64,000 nt of DNA from Mytilus trossulus (lineage: Eukaryota): contig NC_086374.1 in assembly GCF_036588685.1 (NCBI RefSeq), positions 17,732,001-17,796,000 on the forward strand, written 5' to 3'. Under the pieces are notes generated by a model that saw only the letters and a list, made by a program, of their open reading frames with translations, had not been told where the DNA came from and ran no database searches. The translations under genes were made by a program, and so were the position numbers. Each line of letters starts with the position of its first letter. Positions within the stretch are counted from its first letter, which is position 1. Positions 36,180-48,100 of this stretch are shown in pieces.

Positions 36180-39100
36180 ATGGGAATCCGTTATAAATAT
36201 TCCGAAAGGACAACATATATTACTGTGTCTGTCTGTCTGATCCAGCTTATTGTTTTTATAGCAGTTACTGTAATTGAGAATCACAAACAGGATGTTTTAC
36301 AGACTAAGTTAGACATTAAAAAACAGAAAATAGCGAATATTTCAGCCAGATGTTTTAATTTGTCTCAGCTGAAGGTAAGTATATACTTCTACTTTCAAAT
36401 TGACAACAGACGAAATTTGTTTACGGCGAAATTGTTTTTTAATTTAATCTAATTTGGTGTTTAGAATCAAGATAAAGTGAACATGCCTGTCTAGATGCTA
36501 AAACAATAAACGCTGAGAGTTATTTAAACTATGTGTCGACGTAACATTTGGTAACTAAAATCCCTTCCCTTTTTCCCGAACGGATGACGAACCGAATCAG
36601 ACGGGAGTCCATGTGTGTCACAGTACAGCAGGATCTACTCACCCTTCCAGAGTATCTGATAACACCCAAATTGTTGGTTTGGTTCGTGTTGTTCAGTCTT
36701 TAGTTTTCTATATTGTGTTTTGTATACTATTGTTTGTATGGGTTTTTCTTCTTTTTTAACCATGTCGTTGGCAGTATATTTTCGACTCAGGCGTTTGGTA
36801 TCTTTTGCCTTTCTTTCAGTAAGGTATGTTTGTGCTTAAATCAACTTATGTAACAAGAGAAACAAAAACAAATATCGGGCGTACATTACATTCACATTTA
36901 GTTGCATTCATAAATTGAAATGAATACACGTATCAAAAAGAAAATTTGAGGAAATGTATTGACATCGTGTTGGTTTTTTCTTATATAGAAAAGCGGACTG
37001 AATCAAGAAGATGAATCCTTTGACTTAATTAGAAGACAGTTATCAAATAGTGAGAATGGTATAATACAGACACAGGTAAACATCAAGTGAATTTCAGGGG
37101 CGGATCCAGTCATTTAAAAAAGGGGAGTTCCAACCCCCGGAACCCTCCCCTGGATCCGCCACTGTATTTAGTTTACAAGAAAGGCTGTTGTGTAAATAAT
37201 TCAAGATCAAATTACAGTAAGACAATTTTGCATTAAGAGGTATAGACAGTGAACTTTGTACTGGAATAAGAATAAGAATAAGAATATTTTATTTCCAATT
37301 AAAGGGCCCTTTAAAGAGCTTTCATGTACTTGTTTGAATTTATGACTATTTTTATGTGAGCGTCACTGATGAGACTCATGTAGACGAAACGCCCGTCTGG
37401 CGTGTTAAATTATAAGCCTGGTACCTTTGATAACTATTGAATGTATCAACTTTGGTTTACATCATTTTTTCACGTAGTATTTTCTAAATGCCTTTGGCAT
37501 GTTAATAACGGTATAAATAAAAAGAAAGTGATTATGAAATACCAAAACCCTTGGAATATAGTTGGGATTTACTTTTTTTCTTATTATTATACCGAATTAT
37601 TTCTGATAACGAGTTCTGGCATGTTAACGTAAATGTCCCATGTTAGCAATCTATAGAGTGATTGCTTTTCTTTATAATTCATTCAAGATATTTAGAGATA
37701 TACACGTATACCTTCATTTGCCTGTTCAACCATTGAACTAGTTGTTTTTTAATTATATATGTTTTAAACCGGTAAAATTCTTTGATCTGCCAACAGCAAT
37801 GGTTTCATGTGTGTTTTTCTAATATTGTTAAAGACATTTAAAAAAAAGGGTATGATATAATTTATATATTTATATATTGATTTGAGAGTATAAGCCAAAA
37901 ACATTGTTTTTCAGGAACATTTACTCGAGAAGTCTTGTGCAAACGATACAAAAATATGCCTGAAAGGTAAATAAATCAATTCTTCTATTTAAATTTTTAT
38001 CTGATTTATTGGAAGACAGAAAGCATAACGTTAATGTAATGGCAATGAGAAAGTAGTACAAATCAGCAAGTGGTTAACATCATGCATGTATAGCAGTTTA
38101 ATATCGTGTCTGATATGTTACTGTTGTGTTTGTTTTCACGTAAATATTCTACATTAGCATGAAGTTAAAGATTTGCAGGCTATGTAAATAATACAACAAC
38201 CCAACAACTTCATGTTAACAGATGGTCACTATAAAATTGTCAGAATGCTGTTGTTTTCAATAAAATACGTGCCCCATATGTCCTGGTAAGTCAGTAGATT
38301 TACAGTTCTTGACTGAAGTAAACGCTTACATGACCACTGCCCTTTCCTAACGGAAAGCTGAATACTAAAATTTATGATAAAAGAGATGATTTTTCATTTC
38401 CTATCGTTAATTATCCATTTTTAGATGGTGACGTTCCCTTGTCACAATCTTACGGTGTTTATATATCTCAACTTGTACGCTCGTGTATGTAACAATGTTT
38501 TAGATTTTAACGAGAGAAATTTGTGTATTACTGAAAAATAATTACAACAGGGTTTTCTATATCACAAACTAGTCAAAACATTTACTAAATTTTATCATCG
38601 GTATAAGGACATCATTCGTAAATATAGCTCAACAAGCAGACTTCTTATACGTTCAGGTATTTCACATCCAATTTTTTATGGAAATATTCTTTATAAAGCA
38701 CAAAGGTGTCAGTATTCACCTCAGAAACTAACAAAACCTTTGAATAGACTTATTAAGAAGGGATATAGTTACGATACTGTTGTCAGGTCGTGAAAGATTG
38801 CATATGTTGGCGTTAATATTGATTCACTTATAGGGTCTTTGCATCGGAACTAAACACATTTATTCAAAAACAGTTGTTGGCATGACACGGGTTATGTACT
38901 TCTCATATATGTTATGATGGTATGATACTAAACCCCTAACGGTTAGGACTGTGCCTGATGTTCATATGATGAAGTCATAATCTTTCAGTCAGTTTAATTG
39001 AAATATGGAGCTGGCATGTCAGTTAACTGCTAGTAGTCTGTTGTTATTTATGTATTATTGTCATTTTGTTTATTTTCTTTGGTTACATCTTCTGACATCA

Positions 39101-42100
39101 GACTCGGACTTCTCTTGAACTGAATTTTATTGTGCGTATTGTTATGCGTTTACTTTTCTACATTGGCTAGAGGTATAGGGGGAGGGTTGAGATCTCACAA
39201 ACATATTTAACCCCGCCGCATTTTTGCGCCTGTCCCAAGTCAGGAGCCTCTGGCCTTTGTTAGTCTTGTATTAATTTTAATTTTAGTTTCTTGTGTACAA
39301 TTTAGAAATTAGTATGGCGTTCATTATCATTGAACTAGTATATATTTGTTTAGGGGCCAGCTGAAGGACGCCTCCGGGTGCGGGAATCTCTCGCTACATT
39401 GAAGACCTGTTGGTGACCTTCTGCTGTTGTTTTTTTCTATGGTCGGGTTGTTGTCTCTTTGACACATTCCCATTTCCATTCTCTATTTTAGCTCATACAT
39501 TAGATACACTTCTATAGCAAACGCGTAATATGCTCTGTATAATGAAACAAATAACTTGTTTTTTAACTACAGGTTTCAGCAGAATTGTGTGTATTGTGCA
39601 TGAACATGATACGATTGTAATATATGACTTTAAGGCTTCTGATTTTGTTACAGGGTTAAAAGGAGACATTGGCCTAGTCGGTGTTAAGGGTAAGATTACA
39701 CATTATCTTTGTCAAACGGACACATGTTACTTTTAAATGAGTTGTTTCGGCACTGTTCATTGTGTGGCTGTTCAAAATTATATCGGAGGAATAGACCAAT
39801 TTAAGGAGGCATTCTTTTCTATTTATGAAAATTAAGTGCCATGAACGGACTACTTCCAATTTGATAATTCTTTGGTTGGATATTGTTTTATTTGTTTCTC
39901 TGTTTATGTATGAAATGCTGATTGAGAGAATTAAGTGCGATTGTTTTTTTTAGGGTATATACAATTCCACCGTTCTGAATAAAAACGAACGAGTATTTCA
40001 AAAAATAGTTTAAAACTGTCACCTGTAAAATGTGCCTGTCCCAAATCAAGAACCTTGTAATTGTTGTTTCTTATTGTGTTTTCTTTCTTCTTTTTAAATG
40101 TTATTTTAATTATTTGTTGATTATGACATAACTTCGGTAGTCTCTGTCTAGTCTATGGGAGACTTAATGCTTGAATTATAGTATAGACACTAGTCTATAT
40201 TAATGACTTTATACGTATTGTGTGTTTTAGTAACTGTTTTAGTGATGTATATCCCACAACATTCACTCCTTTATATGTTCACAATTTTTATATCAACGGT
40301 CATTAAATATTGAGTTGTCTTATTATTTCGCATTTAATGGACTTTCATACCAATATTTTTCAACTATCTAATATAAGGTGACATCGGTAGTCAAGGAAAG
40401 CCTGGGTTGATAGGAAATATAGGAGTCATAGGTAACACTGGTCAAAAGGGGTTACCTGGAAAGCCTGGGCCTAAGGGTAGTCCGGGAGGGAAAGGTTCTA
40501 AAGGCGATGGAAGTGTCGATGGAATACGTGGTCTGAAAGGAAATATTGGAAATACAGGAGAGAACGGAAAATCCGGAATACGTGGATCGAGGGGACCAAA
40601 AGGTGTGCAAGGAACTAGTGGCAGAAAAGGACCATCAGGCCAAAAAGGTTTTCCTGGATCAAAAGGAAGTCTTGGGCATGTTGGGGATAATGGTAATCAT
40701 TTAAATTAATATAAGTGTTATTAAGAGGCTATGAATTTGCTGTTATAACAAAAAAAATTATAAGAAAAAAAGTGAAAGTTTGTTTGGAAAGATGTTTCAA
40801 TATAGTTTATATTTCATTAAATCGAAACTTTAAAAAATATTTTTCAAATATTCAGTAAACATTGATTGAATTTATTTTTAAAACGAAGATTAATAGAAAA
40901 CAAAATAGAATAATTGGCAAACCTTTAAAACGACTTTACTTCTTTGTTTTGAGGTAATATTGGAATCAAAGGTGAATTAGGAGAGACTGGTTCGAAGGGG
41001 ATTATGGCTAACATGTCTGAAACCTGTGATTGCATTCGTAAGTTTTGTATACTTCAAATGTTCGGGATATTTCAAACTTAACAATATTTTTTATCAATAT
41101 GTTTTGAATATTAAATACATTCATAGAAATATGAAATAGGAAGACAATAGGACGCGATGTAAATGACATTTTACTTGTTATTTAAAACAGGGAAAATGAA
41201 GTTTGTGGACAACACAACTGTTATAACAGCACCACTAGGAACCAATATCAAACTTAATTGTACAACAACACCACCACAAACGGTCAACTGGAAACACTCA
41301 AGTGACCAACCGTGTTATCCGTTAAATGACGGGAACGTTATCACAATCAACAAACTAAGTCCGGCAGATCTCGGTAAACACGTTTGTACAGTCAATAATG
41401 GATTCCGCAATATACAAAAAACTATATTTGTTAATTCAACAGGTGAGTTTTTATCAATATATATTATAGAGTACTACAATGCTTATTTAGAAAATATCTT
41501 CAAGTAAGCCCAGTATGTATCAAAACAGACAATAGATACCACGGCCTCTGGGTTAATTAAAAAAAGGCATATCGAAGAAATTTAAACAAACTACACATGA
41601 TCAAAATAAAAAAATAAACACTACACAACAAAAAGCCCTCTGAATAACCAAATAAAATTTAATTTGAAAATTGAATGCATCCAAAACATTGGCAAAACGA
41701 AGAGAAAATCCAATTTGCTGACAAGAATATCTTTCACCAGTAAATTGTTCTGTTTTGTTGGTCTGCTGAAATTCAGAAACGGTCACCTAGCCGGGGTATA
41801 TACTAAAAACCAAACAATTACATAAATCACCCTATCCATCATGACTTCGAATCTTTTTGTCATTTCATCCAACCGAAGTTAACTTGGATAATTCCTACTG
41901 ATTATCTGTAGTCCAACATTAATTTAATAAGTTTCTTAGGAAAAAATCACTCCCCTATCTTCTGAATAAAAATTGGAAAAACTAACTTTCTCACCGACGG
42001 TTCTGGAGGATTTTGAAGTATCCTTACTAGTATGAATAGATATATGAAAGACATAAAATCACAAAAATACCGAACTCCGAAAAATTCAAAACGGAAATTC

Positions 42101-45100
42101 TGCTGAAAATCAGATACGGTCACCTCGCTGGGGTATATACTAAAAACCAAACAATTACATAAATCACCCTATCCATCATGACTTCGAATCGTTTTGTCAT
42201 TTCATCCAATCGAAGTAAACCTGGATAATTCCTACTGATTATCTGTAGTCCAACTTTTATTTAATTAGTTATTAGGAAAAAATCACTCCCCTGTCTACTG
42301 AATAAAATTTGAAAAAAACTAACTTTTTCACTGACGGTTCTGGAGGATTTTGAAGTATCCTTACTAGTATGAATAGATATATGAAAGTTTTAAAATCACA
42401 AAAATACCGAACTCCGAAAAATTCAAAACGGAAATTCTGCAAAAAAATATCAACGGAAGATAAAACAACCTTATTTTATTTAAATTCTTTGTCATTCTAT
42501 GTTCTTAGATTCCGGTGATGGTATATCTTGCGACTTTGAAAATTCCAACTGCCATCTTAAATTGTACAAATGGCGTGTGGCTAATAATTCAGATGATCAT
42601 ACGAAGGGGTCACGTGAGTTTTATTATACAAAGAAAGTAAACATAGAAAATCATTTTAATCTGACCACTTCGACTGCCATTGATTCAATTCTGTTCATTC
42701 ATTTCGCGGTTTTTGAAAATATCCTTTCTATAAAGTCTATAAACATACTAGTGTTTGGTTGGTATTATTTTTTTGCTTTAAAAAGTGTATAACGAGATTT
42801 TAGTGAGAACATTAAAAATTCGGAAATTGTTTTGTAATTCAAGCTTAGCTGCGTCATCTATCTGATATCATTTTAATATTTGGTAAATGCTTATTTCGAT
42901 CGCTGCAAACAGATGGAAATTTTATAAGGTAAATAAATGCAAATTTTACCAGTTAAGCTAAATTTGTGATTAGAGACAAAGATAGATTCATTCATAAATT
43001 GGATATCAAGATATCAAGATGTCATTTAATTTCGAAGCAGCAGCATACATCACCCTTGATCAAAGTTTATCAATCAGTTTTGAATATCCATCCAAGAAAA
43101 AACACCTTAACTTAAAATAAGAAAAAAATATATATAAGAATTCCAGGCTAATCACAGCAATCTTTCTTTTGTTTGATGGTAGCATTGGTCACACATGTGT
43201 TTCTGAACACTTTTCTCTTTGATTATTTTCAAATCAAATGAATTTGCCGGTTTCGAAAATTAAGTTGCACAATAATTACTAAATTGACTGAATGTATTGA
43301 ATCAAATACAAACAAATTTCGACGTTTTTCGTTCTTAGGGTTTATTATTGTCTCAGTCATTTCTTATTTAAACACAGTCGGTATCATTCAGCGTAACCTT
43401 AAACAGTTTCCGTATAAGGTTCTACACCTTTGTAAATAATTAAGCTCGAAAATAAAACTGAAACTTTGACGTTCATATTTTACAGAGAAATCATATTCGA
43501 TAGTTTTGTAAGTGTTCAATACAACATGGGTTTTATAAGGGTTATCAACAGGATTAATTTGTTCTGTAGTACAAGTAATTTCAATGGATTATATGGAAAT
43601 ATCAGCAAACAGAATATTCATGGGGCTGTAGGCAAATATTTATTCACGAACCTCATATAGTTCTGTTTACCTCTTGTTACTCCAGTACATCACTAAACTT
43701 CTGGACTGAAACTAAACATTAACATCGTTGTAAATTGCAGAGAACGGTCATTTTGCTACCACGTATGATAACTCAACCTCGAGGATCGAGTCTCTATGGG
43801 TTAAAGTTGATGGTGAATCGTGCCTGACATTCTGGTATAGAAATGAGATTATTGGTAGTTCACCTGGTAGTACTATTGATATTACAACAAAAGTAAGTAA
43901 GTAGGTAGTAGTTTTCAGAATAGGAAAGTAGATACTAGTGAAAAAGTGAAACATGAATTGCAATTAATGTTAGAGTTATCCCATAACATGTCACCATCAC
44001 CGTGTCTGTGATCGATACAGTGTCTCAGGTGAAGTTACATTTTGACTCCGCAGATGTAGTTATTACCTGTTTTTTTCTCCATATAAATTATGTTGACACT
44101 ACTACTTCCTCTACTTTATTACTGGATATACCTTAAGAATCTCTATGACATAGAAAGATATGCTTTCCAATAATGTATCGTATGATTTTTATTTTTTTTT
44201 TTGGTTCGTCCATTTACATATTTATCTTATGACAACTGAACATTTGCAGATGAAATTAAAATAAATTACAAAAAAAAAACCCTGAACATTTGCGCTTAAA
44301 AAATAATGATACTTGGGTGTTTGTTAAATTTTGACAATTCTACAAACTACTTGTCTATTTAGCATATATCTTTAACTGTTATTTGTGTACAAACTACTTC
44401 TACAGGCAGTACCGACATTCCACTTAAAGATACAGAATAACTCGAAAAATTGCAATATTTTTTTTATATACAGGGAACTTCATGTCCTGGAAGGCAAACT
44501 TATGTTCACAAAACCATAAAGGATAATCAAGTAACTAATTGGACACAAGAGTTTATGCAACTACCAAATACATCTGATGTCATTCAGTTTGTATTTGACG
44601 TTCGCACTACTAATATGGTAGTTTCCATTGATGACATTAGCTTACTAAACGGAACTTGTCCTGCATGTAAGTAATCAACCTAATTAAGATAATGTAATTT
44701 ATCAACCTAATTAAGATACGTAATTTATCAACCTAATTAAGATATGTAATTTATCAACCTAATTAAGATACGTAATTTATCAACCTAATTAAGATATGTA
44801 ATTTATCAACCTAATAAAGATACGTAATTTATCAACCTAATTAAGATATGTAATTTATCAACCTACTTAAGATACGTAATTTATCAACCTAATTAAGATA
44901 CGTAATTTATCAACCTAATTAAGATACGTAAGTTATAAATCTAATTAAGATACGCAAGTTATCAACCTAATTAAGATACGCAATCTGTTGTCCTGGATTT
45001 ATATATTTTTGTATGCTCAAGTCCGGAAATATACTGGATATTTCCTGACGTTACTTTTACAATGGAAACATTAAATCAAAAAGATAATGGATCAGAGATC

Positions 45101-48100
45101 GAATATCCAACGCGGTTTGGATAACAGTTGTGTTTATCTCAACTTGATTAAAATCAGTATTACAAGTTATTGATTTAAGATCACGCTACATAATGTTAGG
45201 TAACTTATCACATATCGTCGCTGGGCTTACACAATGACTTTTTTATATATATATAAATGGTTTCACAGGCAAATCGGTCAGGCTGGAGGAAATCTTTGGT
45301 GTTCCATACAATCCTACATCTGGACAATTAAAACATAGGAAATATGTAAAAATATTTCGAAACTCAACTGTTTGTAATGTTTGCTTTCATCATGATGTAT
45401 GTACAATGAAGTGAGATTTTTATTGAAAAAAATAGCAATTTTCTGCATTTTAAAAGCCCTGCAACAATATATCAGTGCGATTCCTAAAAGACATCACTGT
45501 TTTTTTTTTTAAATCGTTCTTAATTTGACACAATCGTGTCTCAAATATCGTAGTTGTTGCATAGACAAGATTAAGTTTGACTCTGAGTCGTACCTTTGAT
45601 GGACAGATTGTCGTGCAACATAACTTTACGAAATCACTTCAATGAATAGTTTGAGTCAAAACTTAATTCGAAATATTCAATCATGAAAATTGTTACTAAT
45701 TCGAAATATTCAACCATGAAAATTGTTACTGTCAAATACTCAATTGACACTTAAATTTCGAGATAGTACTAGTATAATACAGTTTCCTTATAATTCAGTA
45801 TTCAAGTTCTACGAACCAGAAAATATAACCTTAACAATTCCACTCGATGGTCATGGCAATATCAATTGTTCGGCAGAGAAATCTGGTGATGTTCTATACA
45901 GTATGACGAAAATGGGCTCCTGTCAAAACCTTGCCAATACAGGAATACATACTATCCAAAAAGCTTCGTTCTCAGATGCAGGAACATATGTTTGCAAATT
46001 AATTAGTGATGGTGTTGTAAAGACAAAATTTGTTACTGTTGATATAACAGGTAAGAGTTCAAAATTTAATGAATTATATTAATTCTGATAGGAACAAAAA
46101 CAGCTGATTATAGAAATTTTGCTTCAAGCCACCATTGCTAAAAAGACTAGTAATATACATATACAATATACAATAGTAGTTAATCTGATCACATCGAGGA
46201 CTCCGATCCGAAATCAGCAGTTTTGGATCAGGATACTTGGTGTGCTAATGTTTACTTATATATGTTACAGTGAATTTGTATAATCAGGGATTATGTAGAA
46301 TCCCTTGATTTTTCAGGAAATATGTAGAATCACTAAAATCATTAGTAATTATATATAATCCCTGAAAATGACCAGTGATTTTACATAATCACTGAACATT
46401 TAAATAATTATTTTCTACAAATTCCCTAATATGATTTCAGGGATTATGAATAATTTAATGGTCTTTTGTTTGATAGGCATCTAAATGTAAAGAAAAACAG
46501 GCAGAACTTGAGATTGACAAATAGAACAAACTTTAAGAGGAAGCTTGCATATTCTCATAGTAATCAGACAGGATAAAAAAGAAAAGGGAAACCAAAAAGA
46601 TATAATGGCAAATTAAAAAAAAAAAGGTATAAAAATGGATATTGCCTGACCACAAAACAATGATATCTTTATCTTTCTTGCTCGAACCAGTTCAAGGTTG
46701 CAAATTCCCGTTCATTTATTTTTTCAATTTTTTTTTGTGGGGGGAGGGGGTGTACCTTCGTATGTTTTTACTGAACTTTTTATTTCTCTTAGGCATGTTG
46801 TTAAAATCTGATTCGATATGTGCAGGAAAAGGATTTTTAAAATTTGGATATTGTGGTAAAAACAGATGTGAAGCATATTATTTAGTATATTGTGTTTAAT
46901 ATTTTAATATAGTGTGCCTAACTTTAAAAAAAAATGGGTTTATCATTTTGATATGTTGTTACAATTTTTGTTACTTTATTATGATGTTTTTATGTGATTT
47001 TATAGAATAAATTATTTTTTTTTATTAACTTTCTTTATAAATACAACTTTTTCTTCATTTCAGTTATTATGTAATATCCCTGACGTTTTTTTAGCGATTA
47101 TACATAATCTCTGAAAATTTCAGGGATTCTACATATTCACTAAACTAGCTAGTGATTCTACATAATCCCTGAAAATTTCAGGGATTATACATAATCACTG
47201 ATTATACAAATTCACTGTAACATATATACCAACACATATCTATACATCCTCATGAACATCCATTTCAAATATGTGTTTATTTATATATTCGAGCTGTTAT
47301 AACACATCAAAACTTTTGTGATTTTAACTGAAAGATGTAAAAACAAAAATACTAGAAATACCAAACTTCGAGGAAAATTCAAAACGGAAAGTCCGAAATC
47401 AAAATGCATAATCAAATACTCAAACACATCAAACGAATGAATATCAACGGTCATTAAGTTAGCTAAGCCTCTCTCTTGTATGATAATCGTATAAAATTCT
47501 ATTATATTGACAACAACGTATGAACTAATAGGTAAACATGTCATAAATAGGGATAAAGCAGTCAACATAATTTGTGTTCTAATCTATTACAATAACTATA
47601 AAAACAAATATTTTTTTTCAACAAAGAAACACAAAAAAGACAAAGTGCATAAGCAAAAATGATTGACAATTCAAAATTGATCATTACACAACTTACACGA
47701 TGGTGGGATGTATACGTATTGAGCCACGTCATACGTATATAATTAATGTCAACGATGTCATCGTAGACTATTTTGTTTGTTCTATATGTTGTCTGATACT
47801 GTATAATTATACGTTATATCGGCGACATAACACTCGGTGACTACATGTTTTCCCTGTCTTATATCTTCAGATACTATAGTCGTTTGAAGTTTTAATATAT
47901 TCTATTGCTCAAATATGCAAAAGGGATGAGACAAAAGTTAATCAAACTTACATAGTCTTCTCTCAGAACTGTTATTTTACCGATCGCGTCCGATTGTAAT
48001 ATCTTAATTGAATGTGCATTTACTTAGACAGTAATACGGCGTACGATCTTGAATAACCTATACAGAAAATCAAATGTGTAGAAGCCAAATATTTAAAAAA

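Larger units (their letters stand above)
38331..39490 (+). mobile_element. 5'-truncated Naiad-type Penelope-like retroelement, copy 1 (RT thumb remnant + structured 3' UTR)
   Basis: Translates to [39 protein letters not shown]; RT ends near TAA 38851 with no downstream GIY-YIG; near-identical to 49401-50935. Confidence 0.8.

Noticed and set aside
44673-44982. CRISPR-like regular repeats
   Set aside because: Head-to-tail units with no unique spacers, in a eukaryotic intron; a minisatellite.
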